A stretch of DNA of 63,885 bases, counting the filler, from an uncultured bacterium (GTDB taxonomy: Bacteria > CAZSTA01): assembly GCA_964609495.1 (NCBI GenBank). It is 4 parts of 4 records of this genome, joined end to end, with 100 filler letters (N's around TTAATTAATTAA, not from the genome) between each part and the next. Parts side by side here need not be neighbours in the genome. Positions count along the whole stretch, not along the records: positions 1 to 17,195 come from CAZSTA010000064.1; 3 more parts are not named here. One strand, 5' to 3'. Shown here in pieces: positions 1 through 9,235 of the stretch. Numbering within the stretch: the stretch's first letter is position 1; every line of letters starts with the position of its first letter. Under the pieces are notes generated by a model. That model was given only the letters and a program-made list of their open reading frames with translations. It did no database searches and had not been told where the DNA came from. The translations under genes and the position numbers were made by a program.

Positions 1-78
1 GAGATCAGCTTTATCTGGATATTCCCTCTCCCCTCGTGGGAGAGGGATAGGGAGAGGGGATAATTATATCTTGAACTC
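1..78 (+). repeat. REP/MITE-like palindromic repeat, module A (CCCTCTCCC-CTCGT-GGGAGAGGG core)
   Basis: Near-identical copies at 46240-46306 and 51699-51765 (+) and at 26700-26764 and 45102-45156 (-). Confidence 0.85.
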
Positions 79-134
79 CCCTTTTTTAATGCGCCACTCA
101 TCGCGATCATTAACGTTAATGTGGAGGACTTTCA

Positions 135-2144
135 ATGGAAGATATAGGAGGGGTAGAGGAAAAGGTTTCTCCCCCCGTGAAGATTAAGCCTTTGCTCAGG
201 AGATTAAGCTCTAGATTCAAGGATGAACGAGTAAAAGCTATAGATGAGTTGACTAGTTATGGTTCTGAGATAATTCCTATCTTAGAAGGGGAATTTACAA
301 TCGGTGACGAACTGAAGAGAAGGGATATCATTCAAATACTTGGCCAACTCGGAAGTAATGAGGCTAAAAGCCTATTAATTAAGGCTCTAGAAGATGAGGA
401 TAAAAATGTTGTTCGGGCGGCGATATGGGCCTTAGGAAGGATAAAGGCAACTGAGGTTCTGGATAAGTTGCATAATATGTTACTGCTTAGTGATGGAAAA
501 ACCAAGAGATCTATAATATGGACTTTAGGACAGATAAGGGATGAAAGCTCCTTACCTTTCTTAATCGAGCAGATTGAGGACGACAATGATGAAGTTATTA
601 GAAGCACTCAAGTAGCTTTAGTGAACTTTGGAAATAAAGCAATAGATAGTCTGTTAAAATTACTCCTTGGCGAAGATAATTCCCTGCGTTTAAGAGCAGT
701 TGAGACTATGACGAAGATGAAGGGGACCGATTCAGATCAGCTCGAACTCAAACTAATAGAACTTGCAGATCATCAAAGTGTGAAAGTTAGACGCTCAGTA
801 GCATACATCTTAGGTAGGCTTGGTGATCCAAATGTCATTGATACCCTAACTGAGATGCTAAAAGATGATGATGAACGAGTTAGAAGAAATTCCGCTAGTG
901 CCTTGGGATTGATAGGGGATAAGAGGAGCGTTCCACCTTTAATCGAAGCTCTGAGACGTGAGGGGAGGTATAAAGTCCAGAAGGTTATCCTTAAAGCATT
1001 GGGTAAGCTTGAAGATGAAAGGGCGATTGAACCATTGATAGCTTTCAAAAGAGAGTGTGCTGAAGAAATTCGCGAGAGTGTAGATAAAACTCTAGCGTCC
1101 TTGAGTCATAAGGAAATATCACCTCTAGCGCTTACCAAAGATTGTATTATCAAATGTTCTTTCGTCCCTTATATCGTGAAAGGATTAGAGGAGATCGCTA
1201 TTAAATCTCTCAGAGATGAACTCGGCGAAATCGATATCTTACTTCAAGATGAAGGTTCGGTGATCTTTGAGTATCAAGGTGATATAAGAAAGCCATTATC
1301 CCTTCGCTCTGTGGAGGATATGTATCTTCTCCTAGGTAGGATTAAAAGCTCTGATATTGTCCAAGAGATAGAAGAGCTAGATTGGTCCTCTATAGTAGAG
1401 ATCGTTCAAAGCCTAGATAGGATACCCACCTTCTCCATTGAAAGAGAGGGGGAAAAAGCCCTTGATTTATCCCTGCTTAGAGAGGCTATCGAGAAAAAGT
1501 TCGGATGGAATTATAGTTTGAATGATAGAGGAATAAAGTTTAGGATTATAAGATTGGATGATGTTATATTCCTGGCGGCGAAGATCGAGATAAGAGAAGC
1601 GGTTGAGAAGTATAGCTATAGAAAGTATCTACTTCCAGCCTCCCTGAATCCCTCCCTTGCCTATTGTATGTGCCTGATCGCAGGTATAGAGAAGAGCGAT
1701 GTATTTTTAGATCCGATGTGTGGAGCGGGCACCATATTGATAGAGAGAGCTTTTGCCGGAGAATCTAAGGAGATCATAGGAGGTGATGTAGATCCTAAGG
1801 CAGTTGATTTCGCCAAGAAGAACGTATCTTTAAGTGGCAAAGATGTCAAAATACACAGGTGGAATGCTGAAAAGATTCCTCTTCCCGATGGATATGCCGA
1901 TAAAGTAGTTTGTAATTTGCCTTATGGAAGACGATCAGGAATCCATAAGGATAATATCCTGCTTTATAAACAATTTGTCAGGGAACTGGAGAGATTACTC
2001 AGTAATAGGGGGAAAGCTGTTTTACTCACTCAAGAGAAGAGGCTGATTAAAAGGGTGCTAAGCAAGCATCACAATTTACGTATCAAAGAGGAGATCGCGA
2101 TAGAGATTGGAGGACTTACTCCCTCCATCTTTGTAATTGTATGA
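135..2144 (+). CDS. HEAT (PBS-lyase-like) repeat protein fused to THUMP-like and class I SAM-dependent RNA methyltransferase domains (Trm14/TrmN/RlmL-like)
   Basis: Tandem HEAT units (VRAAIWALGRI, VRRSVAYILGRL, VRRNSASALGLI) in the N-terminal half. C-terminal ASLNPSLA, FLDPMCGAGTILIE and NLPYG motifs. GGAGGA RBS. Confidence 0.8.
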   Translation: MEDIGGVEEKVSPPVKIKPLLRRLSSRFKDERVKAIDELTSYGSEIIPILEGEFTIGDELKRRDIIQILGQLGSNEAKSLLIKALEDEDKNVVRAAIWALGRIKATEVLDKLHNMLLLSDGKTKRSIIWTLGQIRDESSLPFLIEQIEDDNDEVIRSTQVALVNFGNKAIDSLLKLLLGEDNSLRLRAVETMTKMKGTDSDQLELKLIELADHQSVKVRRSVAYILGRLGDPNVIDTLTEMLKDDDERVRRNSASALGLIGDKRSVPPLIEALRREGRYKVQKVILKALGKLEDERAIEPLIAFKRECAEEIRESVDKTLASLSHKEISPLALTKDCIIKCSFVPYIVKGLEEIAIKSLRDELGEIDILLQDEGSVIFEYQGDIRKPLSLRSVEDMYLLLGRIKSSDIVQEIEELDWSSIVEIVQSLDRIPTFSIEREGEKALDLSLLREAIEKKFGWNYSLNDRGIKFRIIRLDDVIFLAAKIEIREAVEKYSYRKYLLPASLNPSLAYCMCLIAGIEKSDVFLDPMCGAGTILIERAFAGESKEIIGGDVDPKAVDFAKKNVSLSGKDVKIHRWNAEKIPLPDGYADKVVCNLPYGRRSGIHKDNILLYKQFVRELERLLSNRGKAVLLTQEKRLIKRVLSKHHNLRIKEEIAIEIGGLTPSIFVIV

Positions 2145-2150
2145 GCTATC

Positions 2151-2921
2151 TCAATCTCGATCAGTTTTTATTCCGATTACTCCTCCCATAGCAATAGCGT
2201 TCTCTTTATCACGTCTATAAGATGGGTAGATATCTTTTTCACAGGATGTGCATATTTCGGAGATCTCAATATTCCCTTCAGAGACTTCCATTTCTTTTAA
2301 TTGCTCAAAACAGATTTGCCATAGATCGATAAATATCTTGTTATTCTTTCTTATTATAATATCTTCTCTAAATCCGAAATCTTCAAAATTAGGTAAAATA
2401 TCCTCTTGTATTTCAAAGCAACATGGGCCAATTGAAGGGCCTATACTAACTAAGATATCTTTAGGACTGCATTGAAATACGTCTCTCATTTTCGATATCA
2501 TCTGTTCACAGATATTTAGAGCTACACCTCGCCAACCAGCATGGGCCAGTCCAACTACTTGGCGCTTTGGATCAAGGAAGAAGATAGGAAGACAATCAGC
2601 AAAAGTCCCAAATAGAAATACGCCCTTTTCCCTGGTTAATAAACCATCGACATTTTCTATCCAGTCCGCTTTGCTAAAAGCTCCCCGGCCTTTATCTTTA
2701 GCGTCCGCTATATAAATGTGATTGCTATGCACTTCTTGCATAGCGACTACATCATCCAATTTAATACTAAGGGTTTTGAGAAAGCTTTTGCGATTTTTCA
2801 CCGCCTTGTTCTCGGGACCTCTTTTGAAGGAGAGATTCCCGTGGTATTTATTAGAGAGCCCATAAATTAGATTATCCTTCCTCGAAAGTCTCCCGTAGAA
2901 CCTAAATTGTTCTGTCTTCAT
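2151..2921 (-). CDS. pgeF: PgeF/YfiH family (peptidoglycan editing factor / purine nucleoside phosphorylase, laccase domain)
   Basis: QEVHS, ADCLP, AHAGWRG, IGPSIGPCCFE, CTSC and SYRRD motifs. Confidence 0.9.
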   Translation of the reverse strand: MKTEQFRFYGRLSRKDNLIYGLSNKYHGNLSFKRGPENKAVKNRKSFLKTLSIKLDDVVAMQEVHSNHIYIADAKDKGRGAFSKADWIENVDGLLTREKGVFLFGTFADCLPIFFLDPKRQVVGLAHAGWRGVALNICEQMISKMRDVFQCSPKDILVSIGPSIGPCCFEIQEDILPNFEDFGFREDIIIRKNNKIFIDLWQICFEQLKEMEVSEGNIEISEICTSCEKDIYPSYRRDKENAIAMGGVIGIKTDRD

Positions 2922-2979
2922 AATTTCTTATAGCTAATGATTCGCCTTCTTTGAAACAATAGTTGAGATCAATTCTATG

Positions 2980-3774
2980 TTACTCTCGACAGAGTTCTAC
3001 TTCTCCGCTTGAGATGTTTATATAGGTATCATCGGGAAGGTGTAATACCAACTCTCCATTCTCACCAAGATCAACAACATAGCCCTCAAAAGTCTTTCCC
3101 CCAACTGTCACCTTCACCCACTTGTTCAGAGTAGATGATAATAGTCTCCATTCTGGTAAAACCGAGGTAAATTCGTCCTCCTGACCACTCAAGTAGAGTT
3201 TCTCAAACTCCTCTAACACCTCTCTCAAAAGAGCAACACGAGATATCTCCTCTTCTAATTCCGCGCTTATAGAGGTAGCCCTATCTCGAATCTCCTCGGG
3301 AAATAGCTCTCGTTTCATATTGACATTGATCCCGATCCCCAGAACAAAAAGATCAATTCTATCTCTGGAGATCCTGCTTTCTCCCAAGATCCCACAGATC
3401 TTTTTACCCTTAACCAGCACATCATTAGGCCATTTCACATAAGCCTTCAACGCTGTCACCTTGCGAACTGCCTTCGCCACCGCTACCGCACCCGCTAGAT
3501 TAACTCTCGCTATCGCCTGAGGTGGAAGAGCAGGCTTGAGGATCAAAGAGAACCATAAACCCGCATTCGCTGGAGATGACCAACTACGTCCCCAGCGACC
3601 TCGTCCCGAGGTTTGCTTCTCAGCGATAACTAGAGTCCCCTCCACAGCGGCTTCCTGAGCAAGGCTAAATCCAATATTATTGGTGGAGTCTACCTCTGGG
3701 AAGTAATGGATCTCCCTTCCTATGATCTCTGTTCTAAGCTCAGCTCTTATTATCTCTGCTGATAGATGCTCCAC
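2980..3774 (-). CDS. birA: Biotin--[acetyl-CoA-carboxylase] ligase without the N-terminal HTH
   Basis: DSTN, QTSGRGRWGRSW, KWPND, KKICGIL and GIGINVN motifs. Confidence 0.92.
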   Translation of the reverse strand: MEHLSAEIIRAELRTEIIGREIHYFPEVDSTNNIGFSLAQEAAVEGTLVIAEKQTSGRGRWGRSWSSPANAGLWFSLILKPALPPQAIARVNLAGAVAVAKAVRKVTALKAYVKWPNDVLVKGKKICGILGESRISRDRIDLFVLGIGINVNMKRELFPEEIRDRATSISAELEEEISRVALLREVLEEFEKLYLSGQEDEFTSVLPEWRLLSSTLNKWVKVTVGGKTFEGYVVDLGENGELVLHLPDDTYINISSGEVELCRE

Positions 3775-3776
3775 TT

Positions 3777-5291
3777 TTATCTCGCTCCATAATCGTATTC
3801 TAAAATATCGATATCCAAATTGCTCATAGTCCGCAGGGTATTCAAGCCCATCTGGGCTAGGGATTCGACGGTCCCTAATCCCTCGGATAGTTTAATGTGA
3901 GTAGCATCAACTAGTTCCCCTTGCCCTGAGGAGGGATCTAAGGCTATCCACTCTCCAATATACACCTCCGCCCAGGCATGGTAGAGGAAGCCTCCTTGAA
4001 GATATACTATCCCCCCCACTAACCTAGCAGGTATTCCCACCGCTCTAGCCAGAGCTATGAGGAGGACGGAATGTTCCGTGCAATCTCCCTGTCGGGATTC
4101 CAAGACCTCCTTAGCCGAGGCGAAAAGCACCTCATAGTCCTTTTTAGTCATATTCTCATATACCCATCTGTTAAGCTTGAGAGCAGCTTGAAAAGCATTT
4201 CTCTCCTCGCCGATTATCTCCTGAGCAGTTCGCCTTATATCTCTATCGTTGCACTGGATATAATCTGTCTCCTCTAAGTAGGGAGCATATTCTGGGTCAG
4301 TTATCGGTAGAAGAATTTCCTGGCTCTCCTTCGAGATAGGGGGAACTTCTATGACCAAGATCGCCTCATTCTCTTGAGGGGAAATGGACTCTACCCTCTG
4401 CCTATCATCGGTTATGATAACCTTGCTTATGTCTCCCTCCTTGAGCTTCAATCTAGCTTTTAGCTTGGTGATCTGGCTTATCGGAGGGAGAAGCGGCTTA
4501 TCGGGTCTGATAGCGGTCCTAAAAGCTAGATCCACCAATTCTTCCTCAGAGATCGCTTCCTCGGGAGTGACTCGAACCACCTCTAAACCCAAGGCTGGTA
4601 TATATCCCTTTAACATCCTCCCCGATTCGTCCAAGAGATCTGTCCCCTTAACTCCTAAGGTGCTACTGAAGGTCTCCACTACAAATACCTCTTTCTCCTC
4701 CCCACGAAACTCGATCGTCTTCTTCTCTACGATGTTTATTTTGATCTCCCCAAATTGAAGGAGTTCGACATTGAAGACCCTGACCTTATACTCCTCTCCC
4801 TCCTTCAATCCCTTCTCCAGCACTAACCAAGCTCCTACAATATTTTCGAGAAGGACCTTATCCTCTAAGGGGAACTCCCTCTTGGTAGTAGAACCCGCAA
4901 CATAGGCTCTTATCTCCAACCTGTCATCGACTCTCTTCCCCTCCACCCTTTGCTCTTGCTCTCCCATCTCGGTTTCCAACAGGAAGTAGAGGGGTGAGAA
5001 ATCAAGGGATACATAAGCCTCGAAATTCGTTCTCGACTCGAACTCAAGATCGAACCTCTTCGCCTTAAAGATCCCCTCCGACCGAAGGTGATAAGCTGGC
5101 TCTCCCTCAAAGGTTGATTTCTCCAGGACATCATGCTCGTAGCCAACCTTAACTCCAGAAAGGATAAGATTCAGCCAGGCATCATCTATAACTATCCCGG
5201 TGTTTGCGTAACACTCTCTTATCATTAATCCTCCTATAACTAGGTTGATGGTCAAAGTTAAAGCTAAGATAACAAGCGTTCTTCTTATCAT
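3777..5291 (-). CDS. Exported transglutaminase-like domain protein
   Basis: N-terminal signal or anchor. C-terminal Cys-His-Asp triad motifs GDCTEH, YHAWAEVY and ALDPS. Confidence 0.8.
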   Translation of the reverse strand: MIRRTLVILALTLTINLVIGGLMIRECYANTGIVIDDAWLNLILSGVKVGYEHDVLEKSTFEGEPAYHLRSEGIFKAKRFDLEFESRTNFEAYVSLDFSPLYFLLETEMGEQEQRVEGKRVDDRLEIRAYVAGSTTKREFPLEDKVLLENIVGAWLVLEKGLKEGEEYKVRVFNVELLQFGEIKINIVEKKTIEFRGEEKEVFVVETFSSTLGVKGTDLLDESGRMLKGYIPALGLEVVRVTPEEAISEEELVDLAFRTAIRPDKPLLPPISQITKLKARLKLKEGDISKVIITDDRQRVESISPQENEAILVIEVPPISKESQEILLPITDPEYAPYLEETDYIQCNDRDIRRTAQEIIGEERNAFQAALKLNRWVYENMTKKDYEVLFASAKEVLESRQGDCTEHSVLLIALARAVGIPARLVGGIVYLQGGFLYHAWAEVYIGEWIALDPSSGQGELVDATHIKLSEGLGTVESLAQMGLNTLRTMSNLDIDILEYDYGAR

Positions 5292-5595
5292 TTTAACCCT
5301 CCTGGTTAAGACTTCTCAACTATCTATAATCTCCAATCAATATGAAACCTGCCCAGAGATAAGGTCGTTCATAACTTTTGCTGAGCGCAATGTGAAAGCC
5401 TCCCCTAATTTGAAGTTATATTCGAGGGATAGATTGTTCTGCTCTCGCCCAATTCGTTAATATCCCTGAGAGGATGAAGAGTAATATTATGAGAAAGTTT
5501 TGTCTCATCTAGGAAAAGTTATGCTGAGTTGACCCACAAAGATACCTTGAGTTAGTGAGTAACTCAGCGTGATCGCCTTCCCTAGCCTTAAATAA

Positions 5596-5624
5596 ATTAT
5601 AGCATAAAGTCTTCTATATACCAA
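5596..5624 (-). promoter_or_regulatory. sigma70-type promoter upstream of the transglutaminase-birA run
   Basis: Minus strand reads TTGGTA-17nt-TATAAT with an extended TGn. Confidence 0.55.
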
Positions 5625-5646
5625 TAATTTTTAGGATAAATAGAGA

Positions 5647-5746
5647 TAGCATCGCTCTTAGAAGTTTATTTGTTTCTTTCTTTTCATTTCAATTCCTCAT
5701 TTTCAATTCCTCATGCGGAATTATCTTTAATCTAAAAGCGATGCTA
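5647..5746. repeat. 16-bp inverted repeat enclosing a 14-bp tandem duplication
   Basis: TAGCATCGCTCTTAGA (5647-5662) pairs with TCTAAAAGCGATGCTA (5731-5746) at 15/16. TTTCAATTCCTCAT occurs twice at 5687-5714. Confidence 0.7.
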
Positions 5747-5786
5747 CCTTCTAATATTCTCTATTAATTCTCATATTATCTTTTGC

Positions 5787-6665
5787 TTAACCTTTAACCC
5801 CGGTTATTACCACTCCTTGGACGAAGTACTTTTGAGCGAAGAAGAATATGATAAGACAGGGGGAGAGAACAACTAGGGAAGCCGCCATCAATAGATTCCA
5901 ATAGGTGGAGTAGTAGCCAGCGAAGACGTTCAATCCCAAAGATAGGGTTCTTTTATTCATAGAGTTGAGATAGATCAGAGGTCCTAGGAAATCATTCCAG
6001 GTCCAGAGAAAGGAAAATATACCTACCGTAGCTAGAACTGGCTTAGCTAAGGGAAGCATTATCCTCCAGTAGATTCCAAAGAAGCCACAGCCATCTATCT
6101 TTGCCGCATCGTCGAGTTCAGGATGGATGGTCATAAAGAATTGTCTTAAGAGGAAGATAAAGAAGGGGCTGCCCCCGAAGAAGGCAGGAACGATGAGCGG
6201 CTTAAAGGTATCAAGCCATCCTATAATTCTAAAAAGGATGAATTGTGGAATCATAGTTACCTGAGGGGGGACCATCATAGTGCTTAACGCCACTAGGAAA
6301 ATAATATCTCGACCCGGAAAGCGCAGTCGGGCGAATCCATAAGCTACCAGGGAGGCAGATAGGAGCTGACCGATGATGGTGCTGAAGGTTATAATACAGG
6401 TATTCTTAAAGTAAAGACCAAAGGGAAGAATAGTAAGAGCTTTGGGGAAGTTGCTCCACATTATAGGGCTGGGAATCCACACCGGAGGGAATTTAAGCAC
6501 TTGACCAGGTCTCTTAAAGGCAGTTGAAACTACCCAGAAGAAGGGAATCATCACCAAAAAAGCTCCTCCAATCAGAAGTGCATAAATAGAGATTATTTTG
6601 ACGGTTTCGCGAAATACTTTCCTCTTATACCAGGGTAATCCTCCTCTTATAGTCCTCGTTCTCAT
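5787..6665 (-). CDS. Carbohydrate ABC transporter permease (MalG-like)
   Basis: EAA loop ELDDAAKIDGC, WNDF motif and TM pattern. Confidence 0.93.
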   Translation of the reverse strand: MRTRTIRGGLPWYKRKVFRETVKIISIYALLIGGAFLVMIPFFWVVSTAFKRPGQVLKFPPVWIPSPIMWSNFPKALTILPFGLYFKNTCIITFSTIIGQLLSASLVAYGFARLRFPGRDIIFLVALSTMMVPPQVTMIPQFILFRIIGWLDTFKPLIVPAFFGGSPFFIFLLRQFFMTIHPELDDAAKIDGCGFFGIYWRIMLPLAKPVLATVGIFSFLWTWNDFLGPLIYLNSMNKRTLSLGLNVFAGYYSTYWNLLMAASLVVLSPCLIIFFFAQKYFVQGVVITGVKG

Positions 6666-6668
6666 AAT

Positions 6669-7580
6669 CTATCTCCCTTTCAATTCCCCTTCGTAATACA
6701 CCCACATAGGTGAACTCTTGAAGATCAACAAGGTAAAGACCAAGACGATAATAAATAGAATCCAAGCGAGGGCTGAGCCATAACCCATTTTGAAATATAA
6801 GAACGCGTTTCGATAAAGATAAAGCACATAAAAGAGCGAGGCGTTCATCGGACCTCCGCCAGTCATAACGTAAGCTTGAGTAAATATCTGGAAAGAGCCT
6901 ATAATACCCATAACTAAGTTGAAGAGGATAACCGGAGACATCATTGGGATAGTGATTGAGAAGAACTGTTGTAAGACGGAAGCCCCATCTATCTTAGCTG
7001 CTTCATAAAGTTGAGTGGGAATCCCTTGCAGACCTGCTAGATAGATGATCATACTTCCTCCTACTGCCCATAGGCTCATAACGATAAAGGCGGGAATAAC
7101 CCAGTTGGTATCTCCTAACCAAGCAGGTCCCTTTATCCCTATCAGACGGAGGAGATAATTAAGCACCCCGAAATCTGGGTTGAAGATCCAACGCCAGAGA
7201 ATAGCTACCGCTACGCCTGAGACCACCGCTGGAGTATAATACATAGTTCTGAATAAATTTATACCTTTCACCTTCTGATTCATTAATACGGATAGTAACA
7301 ATCCTATTATCAGATGCAGGGGGACCGCCCCGAGGGCGTAATAGGAGGTTACCTTAAGAGATTTCCAGAATAACTCATCGCCGAATATCTCTCTATAGTT
7401 CTCTAAACCGATATACTTAGGGGATTGCACTATCGGATACTCGCAGAAGCTGAAGATGAAGGAGGCGATTATTGGGCCTCCAGTAAAGATTATAAATCCT
7501 AATATCCAAGGGGATATAGCTATATATCCGGCGATAGCCTCCTGAGTAGTCAGCTTTCTTTTCCCTTTCCTTTCAGTCAT
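6669..7580 (-). CDS. Carbohydrate ABC transporter permease (MalF-like)
   Basis: LYEAAKIDGA EAA loop, GLENY motif and TM pattern. Confidence 0.93.
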   Translation of the reverse strand: MTERKGKRKLTTQEAIAGYIAISPWILGFIIFTGGPIIASFIFSFCEYPIVQSPKYIGLENYREIFGDELFWKSLKVTSYYALGAVPLHLIIGLLLSVLMNQKVKGINLFRTMYYTPAVVSGVAVAILWRWIFNPDFGVLNYLLRLIGIKGPAWLGDTNWVIPAFIVMSLWAVGGSMIIYLAGLQGIPTQLYEAAKIDGASVLQQFFSITIPMMSPVILFNLVMGIIGSFQIFTQAYVMTGGGPMNASLFYVLYLYRNAFLYFKMGYGSALAWILFIIVLVFTLLIFKSSPMWVYYEGELKGR

Positions 7581-7639
7581 AATTGCTTCTCTCCTCTAAA
7601 ATATCAAAATGACTCCAGAGATCGCGTGAGAAACACCTC

Positions 7640-7684
7640 TAAGAAAAAGATGCGACTGCCGAAACTTTGAATTCGGCAGTCGCA
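7640..7684 (-). terminator. Intrinsic terminator or mRNA-stabilising hairpin after the solute-binding gene
   Basis: 13-bp perfect stem TGCGACTGCCGAA/TTCGGCAGTCGCA followed on the minus strand by TCTTTTTCTT. Confidence 0.75.
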
Positions 7685-7694
7685 ATCTGTCGAT

Positions 7695-9011
7695 TTACTT
7701 CTCCTCCAGTTTCTCGTAGAACTCCACCAACATCTCGTTAGCCTTCTCCGTGATCCTCTTGCAGGCGTCCTCAGGGGTGGTTTTGTCGAGCCATAGCTCA
7801 TCGAGTATAGGATGATAGATATCCATAAACTCCGCCCAAGCTGGATTATAGGGGTTGGGCTTTCCGTAGTTCTCCATGGAATCTATCGCGATCATAGCGC
7901 TCTTGGGCTTCCCACTGGGATGCTTCAGGAAAGCCTCGCTCTTCGCAACGGAGACGCGCCAGGGGGCTTCCCCATACTCAACGGTGATCTCCGAAGCCTT
8001 CACCGAATACATCCACCTCACAAACTCCCAAGATGCATCAGCATTCTTGGTGGTATTTGTGATGCAGTAAGCGCCAGAAGCGGATTCGTTGGGAACTAAT
8101 CTTCCCGCAGGTCCTTTAGGCATATAAGTGATATCCCAATCGAAATCCATATTTCTCATCCAACCCCAATCCCAAGGACCAGCCTCATACATACTGATGA
8201 CGCCGGTAGCGAACAACTGGTGAGCGGCACCCATATCCGCCAACTGAGCGACCGTAGGAGCTACCTTATAGGTATAGATCAGATCGTAGAGGAACTTATA
8301 CCCCGCGATCGTCTCTGGCATATCGAGGGTGCATTTCGTGCGATCCTCATTGAAGAGCTCACCACCAAAGGGATAGATAAAGGGCATATGATATCCAATC
8401 CAGTTAGGGATGCTGAAGCCCCAGATGTCATTTATGCCATCGCCATTCTTATCGACGGTCAACTTCTTACAATCCTCGGCGAAGGCTTCCACAGTCCACT
8501 CCTCGGGATCACGTTCGTTAGGATTGGGGATCCCTACCTCCTTATACAGATCAGCGTTGTAGTGGAGGAAGTGGCTGGTGAGCCTCGAATCGGGCCCTCC
8601 ATATAGAACCCCTTTGAATCTTGGGGCATCAGTAGATCCGGGCCACAGATCGGCTATTATCTCCTCCTCAGCCATAAAGCGATCGGTGATATCCAGGAGC
8701 ATCCCTTGAGCCACCCATGGCCAATACTGCTGTCCCCAAACCCACACGACATCCGGGGCTACACCCCCGGCATACTCGACGACGATCTTGCGGTCGAACT
8801 CGGTGGGAGTGGACTCCAGGTCGATCTTTATATCTGGATATTCTTGGTTAAAGCCCTCGATCAGAGCGATGGACATCTTCTCCCTATCGAGGGTGAAGGC
8901 AGGAACAGCATATCTGATTCTACCTTTCACTTGCGCATCAGCTATGGTGGCGAACCCCATAGCTAAAAGCATAATACCAGCTGCCACTAAAACTAATCTA
9001 GTTCTCCTCAT
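7695..9011 (-). CDS. Sugar ABC transporter solute-binding protein
   Basis: Signal peptide, GVAPDV and YNADLY motifs, located upstream of two permeases. Confidence 0.9.
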   Translation of the reverse strand: MRRTRLVLVAAGIMLLAMGFATIADAQVKGRIRYAVPAFTLDREKMSIALIEGFNQEYPDIKIDLESTPTEFDRKIVVEYAGGVAPDVVWVWGQQYWPWVAQGMLLDITDRFMAEEEIIADLWPGSTDAPRFKGVLYGGPDSRLTSHFLHYNADLYKEVGIPNPNERDPEEWTVEAFAEDCKKLTVDKNGDGINDIWGFSIPNWIGYHMPFIYPFGGELFNEDRTKCTLDMPETIAGYKFLYDLIYTYKVAPTVAQLADMGAAHQLFATGVISMYEAGPWDWGWMRNMDFDWDITYMPKGPAGRLVPNESASGAYCITNTTKNADASWEFVRWMYSVKASEITVEYGEAPWRVSVAKSEAFLKHPSGKPKSAMIAIDSMENYGKPNPYNPAWAEFMDIYHPILDELWLDKTTPEDACKRITEKANEMLVEFYEKLEEK

Positions 9012-9156
9012 AAAATAAGCACCTCCATTTTATAGATTCTTAAAGCTTATTAACATCTAGGCTAGGATATATCCTATATTAGTCTCTTGACCACCTCCCT
9101 TCAGTCTCCCTCAACGCCTAGAAAAGAAATCGGGCATCACCTAATTTTCTTATCAA

Positions 9157-9185
9157 AGTATATCAGAAAATCGGGGTAGAGTCAA
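9157..9185 (-). promoter_or_regulatory. sigma70-type promoter of the ABC transporter operon
   Basis: TTGACT-17nt-TATACT with extended TGn on the minus strand. Confidence 0.7.
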
Positions 9186-9235
9186 GAGCGATTTTGATAA
9201 ATCTTAGCCTTTATTATCAGTCCCTTAGCGATAGT

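Noticed and set aside
5687-5714. TTTCAATTCCTCAT twice, resembling the start of some type I-B CRISPR repeats
   Set aside because: Only two abutting 14-bp units with no spacers and no cas genes; treated as a local tandem duplication.
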